DNA of 64,000 bases from Camelus ferus. Taxonomy: Eukaryota. The position numbers and the translations under genes were made by a program. Shown piece by piece: positions 50,779-62,557 of this stretch. The notes beneath the pieces were generated by a model. It worked only from the letters and a program-made list of their open reading frames with translations. It had not been told where the DNA came from and searched no databases. Location: contig NC_045696.1 of the NCBI RefSeq assembly GCF_009834535.1, positions 54,376,001 to 54,440,000 of the forward strand. Reading direction: 5' to 3'. Within the stretch, counting starts at the first letter, position 1. Each line of letters opens with the position of its first letter.

Positions 50779-53084
50779 CCTCTATACCAACCGTACTTAC
50801 CTAGCAATTCTTAACTCAAGGTCCACTGTTAAATTCTCCTATTTCAATTCTCACTAATGCTTCTAATGTTCTTTAGAAAGGTCTGTAGGTACTACACATA
50901 TAAGCATGCATTTGTAGTATCCTGTCTTTTAACATTAAAAAATCATTTCAATTTTTTATTGCACTTGTCTTTCATTCAACTGTAAATTCTTTAAAGGCAG
51001 GAACCATGTTTCAAGTGTCTTCCTTGAATAAACACACAGTTCACAGAACTCAGATTTGAAAACTTCAGAGGTTCTACTCAAATTAAGTATACTGTGTCGA
51101 CTGGCTTCAGAAATAACTCATTCTATGCACATGCTGAGTTTTAATCAAAGCAAGTGAAAATAATACCCTATCTTCTCCAAGTACTTCAAAACTGGGTACT
51201 TGTAACACAACTCCCTTTTAAATACACAGGAAAACCATGTTATATGTAATACTACCACAAAATTCATGTCAAATGTCAAAAATGCATTTAACATTATATA
51301 GAAAAGTATTTGAAAAAACATAGAAACTTTCAAGACTACACAGGAATAGGAAAAATACAAGGTTAACCAAACAATGACCTAGAGAATCATTAGGCTGAAG
51401 ATTAAAGCGGTTAAAGAAACTATGACTAAGTAACTTTAGCTAACATTTAATGTATTTGAAGAAAAACTGTTCCATGCACATGTATCTCACATTACATCCA
51501 ATATTAGATTTGCTTAAACACTCGGAGTATTGCTGTGCTTTCCTCGTTTGTAACTCTAGAAGCATTGGGTGCATATACCTGTGTATCATTTACTTTTAAA
51601 AAAAGTGCTTGGAGGATTGATAAGGTAATTTGTTTGCCAGTTGTGGTATTCAAGGGGGAATACGTCAGAACCCGAGACAAACATGTTGACCATGTGTGTT
51701 TGAGAGAGGACGTGCAATTAGGTCATGGAAACAGAAGCAGGCAGGTACATAACAGCATCGGGATTGTAAGGATCCACTTAATGACAATTCACTAAACACA
51801 TCCTATGTATTTAGCTCCTTGAAATCATTTCATTAGGTTGAAAATTAAGCATATGCTCCTCCTGAGTGGAGCAAGAAGGGAGACTGGTTTGCTCAGAAGA
51901 TTGGTAAAAGCACACAAAGCGATTTATTTCAAGATTATAGGGTCTGGTTCCAACCGAGAAGCTAAAGACAGTTATCGCTACTTTATGGCCCATATGAAAT
52001 GAACTATCATTATCAGTTTAGATGCTCATTTCAGCAGGCTGTCATCATAATACCGATTTGGATAACCCTAATGGATATGAGGATAATGTCTGCTTAGAGA
52101 GCTAATACAGTCTTTTGAAAACAGCCCTTGTCGAGAATCAAGGTTGGTTCCAGCTCTGTCTCTAACACATAAGTAACATGGGTGTCTCCTCTCTGAGAAG
52201 GGTGGGCAGGGAGAGAAGGGAAGAATCTGATGACCCCTCCACCCAGAACTCTTCTAGTCTTAAAGTTGGATAGCATCTTGTGTATGAAAGTTCCTTGTGA
52301 CTCTACCCAATAAAATCTTTGTCCTTATCTTGCCCAGGTTATCACCCAAGTCATCCCTGGACGTGCCCTTGGATTTCAGTGTACATATTACTGCTTTCTC
52401 CTATAGATAAAAGGCATAGGAATTTATCTTTTTCCTTTTCCCTTCAAATGTGCAATCTAAAAACTATCTCTTAATCTAGGAGAGATTCTTCGACCTAGTT
52501 ACATGGCCTGTCTCCCTCTCCAAGCTCTTTTCTGTCATCTTCATGATATGCCACCACCTATTAAAAGGTATAAGGAAATAAGGTCCAAAGCGAAACAGTT
52601 TCAAATAAAAGTTTAAACAAATAATGCTAATTTTTTTTCATGTAATACTTCTATCACTTTTTGAAAGAGAATCAGGTGTGATGAGTTCTGGGTCCCTGTA
52701 ATGCCAAGTTGTCCTCAGCTCTTTGAGAGGCTCACCCTATTAAAAAAGAACAGGAACCAGAACAGAATCATGCATCAGTAGCCTAGTTACAATCTACCTG
52801 AAGTCCTTCCCTTTACTGGCTGCTTCCCTTTCTTGTTGCCTCAGTGAAATAAATCTGCATGTTTCTTTGCGAGAAGGGACAACATGCATGGCTGCTTATT
52901 GAAAAGAAGATGGGGTTTACATGTTTTCTCCATTTTCTAATTTGAAACTTGGAGGTTTGGGGTTTAAGAAAAGTAAAACTGATCTTTAAGCTTCAGCCCT
53001 AAACTGGCATTGTGACATCACATTGGAGGAGCTGGGAAACAACAGCTGCTCACAGGGGACAGGGCTGAGGGGTTGGGGACCAAT

Positions 53085-53250
53085 ACTTATTCCAAGCCTG
53101 CCACATGCATGGCTCTCTGCTGTCTTTGTGCACATCATCCCTTTTAGTCCTCACCACCTGGCAGATGCAGAAACCGAGACAAGTCACTTGCCCAAGGTTA
53201 CATAATAATAAGGGTGGGGCCAGATTTGTGCTTCAACAGATGACACTGGA
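53085..53250 (-). mobile_element. MIR
   Basis: catcatcccttttagtcctcaccacc…cagatgcagaaaccgagac…gtcacttgcccaaggttaca. Confidence 0.65.
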
Positions 53251-53594
53251 GCTGATTCTATTAATCATCAAGTTTCCTGCCTTGTGAAGCTCTATGTAGG
53301 GTGCAGAGGGTACAGCGGGCTTTATTTCTCTATTTCTTTACCTTCAAAACTCATGTGTTTACCATTAGGTCAAGCTTCCTTCCAATAATGAAGAAATGGT
53401 GCCATTGGGCATGGAATAGAAAGAAACATAAGCCAGATTCCTCCTCCAACATACCCTACCCCTGTCCTGAAACTGCTGAGCATCACTGTATCTAATGTCC
53501 CTTGATATGCTCTGAAAGAGAAAACATTTCTGCTTAGGAAAACTCTGAACAGCCAAAGTCACTTTCTACAGGGGATAGATGTTGGTGTGGGGGT

Positions 53595-53700
53595 GCGGGG
53601 TGTCTCTTCCAGCTCTTCCACCTACTTGCTGTGTGACCTTGACTAAGCTACACAACACAGATGAGCTTCAGATGCTACGTCTGTACTATGAGAACACAGA
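53595..53700 (+). mobile_element. MIR fragment
   Basis: ccagctcttccacctacttgctgtgtgaccttgactaagcta…gagcttcagatgctacgtctgta. Confidence 0.6.
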
Positions 53701-54334
53701 TATGATACAGATTATTGGTTTTCATTTTTTCCTCCAGAGCAGGAGAACCCATTGTTTAAGTAGTATCTTAGACCCAAACCCAACGAATGACACGAAAGCA
53801 AGTGGCTTTCTCTGGGTGACAGAGGATCCGCTACTACCTCTCATCCTACCCCATGCCAGCAAGGTGGCTGGAAACTTCTCAGTGCACAGGAGCAAACACC
53901 TAGTGCAGATTGCTTTGGGCGTCTCTGAGCCCCTTCCCAACTCTGATAACCTATGAAAGCCTATGACTCCTTTGAGCAGTATCAGGGAATCTACTCTTTG
54001 TTACAGCAACTATTGCTGTCTCCTTTGAAGAGCTCTAATCATAAAGCTTGCAATTAGTGTCCTTTGAATTACAGATGTGATTTATTTAGTTTTAAACACA
54101 CTGCAACATCCAACACTTTGGACAGATTTACTTGCCAGTTCACAGGAACGAAGAACTGGACTTTGATCCATTACCACAGTGCCAGGAATTGATTTTGGGG
54201 AAGGATATGTGATTATAGGATAGAATGTGAATGGGGAAGGTTTGGCCCAACCTCAACCCCGATTCTCTATTTGTGTGTGGCGCAGTGTGAGTGATGCGGG
54301 GGGTGAGGAGTGCTTCATAAGATGTAAAAAGAAC

Positions 54335-54430
54335 TGATTGATTTATCGATCTAAGGAAGACAGTCTCCTTGACGGAGACATGCTGTCAAACAGTGGCAGG
54401 ATGCACTGCTAAAAGCCCTCCAGATTGATT
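54335..54430. promoter_or_regulatory. PBX-HOX plus MEIS motif cluster (candidate enhancer)
   Basis: TGATTGAT 54335-54342, overlapping TGATTTAT 54339-54346, CTGTCA 54383-54388, AGATTGAT 54422-54429. Confidence 0.35.
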
Positions 54431-55324
54431 ACCCTACCTGGCACCTGATCCCTCGTCACTGTGGCAGGTGAAGAGTGCTGGAAATGTACTCACAGCTGCA
54501 TTAATAAGATAGGAGGAGAACAAACAAGGAGGTCTGGGTCAGGCAAGGCTCTGACTGAGAAGAGGGTTTCCCACTGCTCCGAATTCCCTCAAAACGGAGA
54601 GTCTCTCAAATGGTGTGAAACACACAGGCTGAAAATGAGACAAAATAGCTAATCCAGCTGAAAATGTGTGTGGCAGCAAGGACACCTCTGGCTGCTGAAG
54701 TTCTGTGATTTGATTTTCCCATCTGTTACTGCTTCTGAAATTTGACAATCCCTGTTTGAATTCTTACCTAATTAGAAAATGCTTTGGAAATAGTGTACTA
54801 AGAGACACATCTGAGGTAATTGCAAGACACTTCTCCTTTTAACTATGCTAGAGAATCTTCACAAGCAAACACTGCCGCATCCTAGCCCATAGATCAATAG
54901 GAAAATTTAAAAGGCACACGCACAGGCACACAGTCACGGAAGTTCTAATGCAGACTCTTTCTATAGGCAAGTCAGAGCCAAAGATCATACACCAGCTGAT
55001 AATCAGGGGAGGCATCCAGCTAACACTAAGACTGTGGACAAAGATAGTGGGGAAAATAAGTCAATTATAATGGTGTTGAAAGAAGGTGTTGACGCCATTG
55101 TTTCTTAGAAGACCAGTATAATCTGTGACAAGTAGAGTCACACCTTTTTGAAAGGGGACAATCCAAAGTCCTAAAGTGTTAAAAGAGAAATTAGCCAGCT
55201 CCAGATCCTGAAAGCAAACTGGAGTTTTTGACATCATGTATGTGTGCTCAAAATGATGAAAAGAGTAGCTGCCAACGAGAGGCATGAAAAATGTTATTGC
55301 AGGGTTTCCAGCACTAAGATGTAA

Positions 55325-55510
55325 ACTGTAGAATTATAGAAAGTTTGACCCGGAGAGAACAGAGAATTCTCAATTACCATTTTTACCTGTGAGAAAACCA
55401 AGGAGTAGGAAGGCTAGTGATTTTTTCCAAAGTCACATATTATGTTAGTGGGAAAGGAGTTGGGATTTGAACCCAATCTCCTGACTTCTGAGTCCAGTGA
55501 TCTTTCCTCT
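55325..55510 (-). mobile_element. MIR3/MIRc
   Basis: catttttacctgtgagaaaaccaagg…ccaaagtcacat…gttagtggg…gggatttgaacccaatctcctgacttctgagtccagtgatctttcc. Confidence 0.7.
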
Positions 55511-55737
55511 ATGTTATGAATATATATTCATATATTCTGTACATATTAACCCAGATCTTCCAACACCTTTTAAATATACTTAAGTCTCCCATCATTAGTT
55601 ATAATGATAATAATAGCAATAATAAAACAGCACTAATAAACAAAAAATACTCTCCTGTGGCCACAATATCACCAATTTCTTTTACTTTTAGAATCTGTTA
55701 ACACAATGACTGTGAGGTTTAGACTGAGATTCTGATT

Positions 55738-57985
55738 CTTTTTCTTTCCTTGAACATATTTGTGTGCATCTATTTCTGGGTTACCTGCTCTGTTCCATTG
55801 TCCTATGAGTCTACCCGTCCGCCAATACCACACAGTCTTGATCACTGTAGCTATATAATAAAACATAAAAACAGGCAGACTGATTTCTTTCCATTTTCTT
55901 TTTCAAAATTGTTTTAACTATTCTAGTTCCTTTGGTTTTTGATCTAAGTTTTTGAATAATCTTATCCACAGCTATAAAAATCTTTCTGCGATTTTGATAG
56001 GAAATGCATCAAATCTGTTTATCAGATTGGGGAGGAACTGACATATTTAATATGTTGAGTCTTTTAATCCATGCACATGATATGCCTATTTATTTAAATA
56101 TTCTTAAATTTCTTTCCTGTAGTTTTATATCTTTGGTTAGATTTACATCTAAGAACTTAATTTTTAATTTTAGTGTCCACATGAACATTGCTAGCATATA
56201 GAAATATTGATTTTTTAAAAATATTTATCTTAGGTCATGTAACCTTTCTTAACTTGCTTATTAATTCGAGTAGTTTTCCTACAGAACCCTTGTGATTTTC
56301 TACCTACATAACTATGCTATCTGCCAGTTTTATTTCTCCTTTCTGATCTTTATGCCTTTTATTTCCCTTTCTTGCTACTTCACTGGCTAGAGCTTCCAGC
56401 ATTATGTTGAATAAGATTGGTAAGAACAGATATACTTGCTTGTTAACAATATTAAGGGAAAATTATTATGTCTTTCACTATTAAGTGTAATATTAGCTGC
56501 AGGGTTTTTGTAGGTGTTCTTTATCAAGTTGAAGAAGTTCACCTCTATTCCTATTATCTTAGAGTTTTTATCATGAATGGGTGTTGAAACTTGCCAAATG
56601 TTTTTTCTGTATCAACTGAAAAACTGAAAATCACATGACTTTTTTTCTTTAGCTTGTTAATAGGGTGGATTACAGTGATTAATTTTCATGTACTGAACTA
56701 ATATGATACCCCTGGAACAAACTCCACTTGATCATGGGGTATAATTCTTTTTTATAAATTGCTGAAGTCTACTGGTAATGTTTTCTTAAGGAATTGTGCA
56801 TCTATATTCATAAGGAATATTTTTCTGCTTCTTTTTCCCATTCTTGTAGACTGAAAAATTCTGTTTGGTTTTAATTTCATTTGGATTTGGTATCTGGAAA
56901 ATGCTGGCATCATAAAATGAATCAGTATATCTTCTTTCCTCTTCTGTTTTCTGGAAGGGATTTTGTAGAATTAGTGTTAATTTTTCCCAAAACAATTGGA
57001 AGAATTATCTCATGAAACCACCTTATCCTGGAGATTTATATAAGAGTTCTTAAACTACGAATTAAATTTTAATAGTTATGGAACTATCAAATTTTCTATT
57101 TCATATTGGGTGAATTGCAGTAGTTTGTGCTTTTAGAGAAATTGGTCCATTTCATCCAAGCTGTCAAATTGGTGTTTGCAGAGTAGTTCATAGTATTCCC
57201 TTACCATCCTTCTGTGTCTGCACCATCTGAAGTGATATGCTTTGTTTCACTCCAGATACAGGTAATTTGTTTCTTCTTTTTCCTTTGGGAGAGGGTGGTC
57301 AGTTTTGTAAATATTTGTCACAGAACAGGCTATTTGTTTTATGATTTTCTTTACTTTTTTTTTTTTTTGCTTTTAATTTCATTAATTTCTGTTCCATATT
57401 ATTTCCCACTTGTTTTAGGTTTACTTTGCTTTGCTTTTTCTAAGGTCTTCAGGTAGGAGCTTAGATTACTGATTTGAGCTTTTCGCCTTTTCTAAAGTAG
57501 GCAGTTAGTGCTATAAAATTCCTTCTCTTCACTTATTTTAGCCATGTTCTGCAATTTTTGATGTGCTGCATGTTCATTTTCATTCAGTTCAATGCATTTA
57601 AAAAAAAAAAAAAACTTATCTTGGGACTTCCTTTTGGGCCCATGGGTTGTTAAAGTGTGTTCGTTTAGTTTCCAATTGTCTGGCATTTTTCATTTTCTGC
57701 TAAAGATTTTTTTTCCTTTCTCTAATTTGATTCCCACTGTGGTCAGTGAACACACTTTGTATGCTTTCAGTACTTTTAAACTTGTTGAGATTTGTTTTCC
57801 GGCCCAAAGAATCTACCATAACATTGATCTTTTAGCCTCAAGGTTCCTAACTGGTCTACCCTCTTCTCTTCACCCTTCCCAGTCTTCTTATGATTCTTTT
57901 ACATATAATGTCCAAAGTGTTAAGTTGTACTGAGTGAGGAAAGAAGAAAGCATATCTACTCAATCTTCCCAGATGTTGAAGTCTG
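55738..57985 (-). mobile_element. Old L1M (L1MD-like) element: degraded ORF2 plus a probable 5' terminus
   Basis: Minus-strand ORF remnants YYIATVIKTVWYW…QWNRAGNPEID (55669-55866) and FQKTEEER…DSFYDASI (56786-56995) are L1 ORF2-like. 57895-57985 (agttgtactgagtgagga…tatctactcaatcttcccagatgttgaagtc) resembles the reverse complement of an L1MD-type 5' end. Confidence 0.85.
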
Positions 57986-58518
57986 AATTCCTGTATTTTT
58001 TTTTTTTTTATGTAGTAAATAGTAAAGCATTATTCCAGGAATCGGTTCATTAGCTTAGCAAACTGCCAAAAGAGGTTGTGGTACATAAGACACAAGGCCT
58101 TTCTCTTAGGGTGAGAAACCCACAACCACTCTGCTTTTCACTGTGTCTCTGAGGCTGACCAACTAATCAGTTGTTTTCATTGGTATTAAACCCATCCATT
58201 ATATTCCACCTATGAGACAACATCAAATGCCTACCATGATTCCTGACCTCTCAGGCACTCTTCTACCCTTAAGCCAGCTTCTGTACTGATCTAGATTCTG
58301 CCTGACTATGGGTGATGCTTTGTTCATCACCGTTATGGGAATGGGTGTCACCTGACTTCAAACACCATCTATGATGTAAACCATAAGCTGGACTCAAGGT
58401 CAGCCTCCCAATCCAAGATCTTATTAAAGTAAATATGAAATTTGGGGAATAAGAACAACAAAAAACTAAACTGAAATCCTTTACTCAAGCAAATATAATC
58501 TTTTAAAAACCATAAGTA

Positions 58519-58659
58519 GAGGGGGAGGGTATAGCTCAAGTGGTAGAGCACATGATTAGCATGCATGAGGTCCTGGGTTCAGTTCCCAGTGCCTCCATTT
58601 AAAAAAAAATAAATAGATAAACCTAATTACCTCCCCACCTCAAAAAAAAAAGTTGTCAA
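58519..58659 (+). mobile_element. tRNA-derived SINE, camelid Vic-1-like, with a 14-bp TSD
   Basis: ggggagggtatagctcaagtggtagagc (A box)…gggttcagttcccag (imperfect B box)…aaacctaattacctcccc…A tail. TSD aaaaaccataa(g/c)ta at 58505-58518 and 58660-58673, at a TTTT/AAAAA L1-endonuclease site. Confidence 0.9.
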
Positions 58660-61600
58660 AAAAACCATAACTAAATTATCATTTTCAAGATAGATACTGG
58701 AGCAAAAGAAGATTCATTCATTCCTTTTGAAACATTTATTCACAAATAAAATTAAACACTCACTTCATTTAAGCTTCAAAATCAGTGGTTTACTGACAGA
58801 GTAATGGAGTTATTCTTAACATAAGAGACATAAATTTCAGTTTTTTGGGGGAAAAAAAGGCCAGACAGCTGTTGACATCCAAGTAATTCCTTTGCATCTT
58901 TCTGCAGGGATATAAGTTTTTCAGGACCTCAAAAAGGCCCTTTCCTGGATAAGCCCTCTTAGTGGCAATTAGCACAGTTTCACTAGCAGGGATGAGGAGG
59001 AGAAAAAGACAACAAAAAAGCACAAAAGAATAGGTGGATTAAAGTAGGGGGTGAAACCTTTGTCAGCCAGGATGAAGCCCGTCATGCTGACTAATGTTCT
59101 TAGGCCCACAGGGGACTCTGCTGGCAGCTGCAGCATTCTCAAGTTTTGAAAATGAGGGCATCATGCAAGGAAAATATTTATTGATCTCAAGATGTGAAGG
59201 GTGTGAGATTTATGATTTAGAAATTATACTGAGTAATTAATTTATTTACTTACACAGCACTGATTTGGATTCCTTGTAAATTAACTACAAGGACAGAGTC
59301 ATGAAAAGGACAACCATGCAACTTTGTGAGGTTAGTACAACTGAGGAAATATGTGAGACCTAAACGCTGGACCAGCTGACTTGGCAAGGTGACTGCTCTC
59401 ACTCGTCAGCGCTGTGTGATTTTTTAATAATCTGTTATATGTGGTTGAGATGAAGGTTTGTCCAAGTAGGAAAAAGAATACTGAAAGTGGAAAAGTACTA
59501 AACAGATGTATACTTCTTCTCAGCCCCCCTCCACCAGGGCATTGGTATTGTTTACATTGAGTCATGTGAGATACACTAATATTCAAGCTGTCACCTTCCT
59601 TGAATACAGGGGAAATATGGCTACAATGTTTGACTACAGTTGCAATTCATGGATTTAGACAACAATGGAACTTAAAATTTAAGGGTAGGATGAACCAAAG
59701 GAAAACGTGACAAATCTCTTTTTCCTTTTCCTTTTCAGAGGAAAATATATTCTTACAGCTCTATCCAGATATCAGCTTAATACAGGGGCACCTGGACCCC
59801 AAACCATGTGGACAGCATTGCAGGGGTTCCCACAACATCTTCAGGTTCAAGTGACCACAGAGTGAAGGTGACTGGGAACACATGGACAGTCAGAAATGGA
59901 GTTGCTATGCAGATGGGAAGATGATAATAACTATTACCCACCCCCCCATAGCCTGTGCCCATCACTGCTCTGTCGGGCATCCAAATGGAGGATTGCAATG
60001 ACAAGTCCGTCCTTTCACATTCCACTATCTACTTCAGTTCATATTCCAACTCTGAGCAGCTAGGAAATAATAAAACGAGGGAAAGAATGACTGCTGAAAA
60101 ACATTACCTGAGAAAATGATTCTGTGCAGCATATATGCTCTGAATGTTTTTGGAACCTTGCATTATCCAATCACAAAGGAAAGAGAAACCTATGAAGTTT
60201 ATCCTTCTTTCTCTGTGTTTGACTCACAGAAGATATTTAAGTAGTTAGATGATGAAAAGAGTGCCTGTCTAAGAACCAATATCACTATCTTAATCTTGTT
60301 TTCAGTTATCTCTAAAACCAGACCAATGTATGATAGGCAACCACTGTGATATACTCCCTGGCAGAGGAGAAGAGAAGTGGCAGGACACAGGGACTGACAT
60401 GGGGACCCTCTGCTCTATGCAACTCCATCAGAGCATCGTCCACCTCTTCATTCTTCTCCTTTCATAGTTCAGATAACTGGGAGGAAGACTGGGAGGGGCA
60501 CAGGGCTGGTCTCACTGTGGCTACTTCCTACAGCCCCCTCCTTTTATTAAAAGCTCTGGATATCTCTCTGCAAAGCAACCATCCTTCCCTTTCACTGACT
60601 TCTAGGCCCAACTTCCACAAACAGTGGAGAGGGAGAGAAGACAAAAGGATGACAGGGATGGAAGAACAGAAATAAAGAAACATTCCTTCAATCTATTCTC
60701 CTACAATTATTGCATCCTGGAATCATAGAAGAGTCTCTTTCCAGGGCTCTTTTCACTGTAAAATGCTGGAAAGATAATAGACCTGGAAAAACCAGAGTCT
60801 GAAACTCTACAAAACACGATCTCATCAATAATATATAGCTTCCCCACAGCTTGGAGAAAATAAAATATTAATATTCCCAATTTTTAAGAGGGAAGCAAGA
60901 CCGCACACTGGAATGTTTTTCATCCAATATTGATGCTCTTGTTCGTACATACGTGCTTCAGTGAATTTCATGGTTTCTGTCCTGTCTGCCACCCTGACCT
61001 GGGTGCCAGGACCTCAGACAGGAGACAGAAGCCATGGGCTCCTGGGCTTGTACACAACATAATGGCGGTTCAGAGGGGCACGTGGGATGTCATTACATTT
61101 TCTTTAGATATCCCGCAAGCGCTTTCTTTATGCTTCCTTAGGGCTTTTTTTCCCTTTTCTTTTCATGCTTTATTGTATAGTCAGTGTTTGTGTTTCACAT
61201 CTCTCAGTTGCACCCCTCCTAACAGACTCTTGCTTTAAAATATGAGATTAGTTATTGAAGAGAGATTATAAAAAGCTAAAGGATTTAGGTAGGTTTCATA
61301 ACACATCAGCTCAAGAGAAATGTTAACGTGTCTTGATGGGACATCATTAAGTCTTTATGACAGTATAAAACCAATAGTAGAGCTGGTAAGACATAATAAT
61401 ATTCTTCATATCAAATTTGGAAAGCTGGTTATCAGAAAATCTAGTGTTTAAGCTGGAAAATGTGCACATACAGAATCATTTGTCATATCTGTGTGTTTCA
61501 TTATTCCCCCCCACCAAAAAAGAATGATAGGGGGAAAAAAAACCTACCCTAAAGACCAAAGTTAAATTTCATTTTAGCAGCAAGCATGTAAAAGCACTCA

Positions 61601-62309
61601 TGAATTCATGACAGTTTAATATAATTCTTGTTTAGTTCTCAGAAAAAAGAAGTGCAGTTAAAACATTCTTAAAGACACATGGTAAGAAATTACATCACAA
61701 AAGAAATCTAAGATGCATGCAAATGACATCCAGGTTTACAAAATATTGGTCTAAAACACCACCAGAAAATAACTAATCCAGTGATATCAAATAGATTTTT
61801 GAAGACCCCTGAACTCTACTGAGGCGTCTCAGGATTCCAGGATGGGCAAGAGAATGGTGAATGGACACCAAAAAACTGGGCTCAGAGCCCTTGAGTCTGC
61901 TTCAACTTGGGAAGCTCTACTTCTTTTATCTATTTTATACTGTATCATAGTCTGACAACAAAAAAGAAAGAAACCATTGAAACCATCCCTTCTCTATTTT
62001 TAGAAAATATCATCTTCCTTGAATTTGTGGGGAGGATTAAGTGAAATACCATAATGTGAAAAATAATACACAAAGCATATATTTTTAAATAATAAAAGGA
62101 ATGTAAATCATATATTTGTTTAATTGAGAAGTTATTTTTGGTAACATTCATATTGCATAAGTGTATAACTGAACACTACAGATTCTCAATGCTACCAAAC
62201 TTCCATGTCGTGATTTTTCTAAACTTAAAATTGCATTATCATATCCACAAAATTAACGTTCTAAATTACTTAAAATAAATATGCATGGATGTGCACCTGC
62301 ATATTGGCC

Positions 62310-62331
62310 ATGCAAATTAGCACATGCAAAT
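62310..62331 (+). promoter_or_regulatory. Tandem octamer (POU) motifs
   Basis: ATGCAAAT at 62310-62317 and 62324-62331. Confidence 0.35.
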
Positions 62332-62410
62332 ATGCCTATAGATTAAAATGAATCAGGGTGCAGAACTAAATGAAATCAGTTGGTCAATTTAAATTTTTAA
62401 TAAATCTTAC

Positions 62411-62557
62411 CATTCGTGTACATTTAGGTTAAATGTTCATTGTGGTTTCTGAGAGCTTTGCATCCCACAAGGCTTCAGATACCCTGAGTTGTGGGGAATT
62501 GCCTGTGAGGGACAATGGTGAGTGCATTGTGGACAGAGAGTTGCTAAAAAACTGATG
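62411..62557 (-). other. Candidate 147-nt non-coding/5'UTR exon
   Basis: Minus strand: tctccttcttatttcttctttaaaacag|CATCAG…GAATG|gtaaga. Stops occur in all three frames. Confidence 0.35.

Noticed and set aside
5452..57985. L1/LTR orientation bias as evidence of host-gene strand
   Set aside because: Most L1 and MaLR copies are on the minus strand, but there are few copies and several exceptions, so the result is inconclusive.
58521..58595. tRNA gene
   Set aside because: tRNA-like head of a SINE with tail and TSD; the B box is imperfect.
59711..59873. Strong + strand acceptor (tttccttttccttttcag) as a coding exon start
   Set aside because: Only a weak donor follows (AAG|gtgact), and all three frames hit stops before it.
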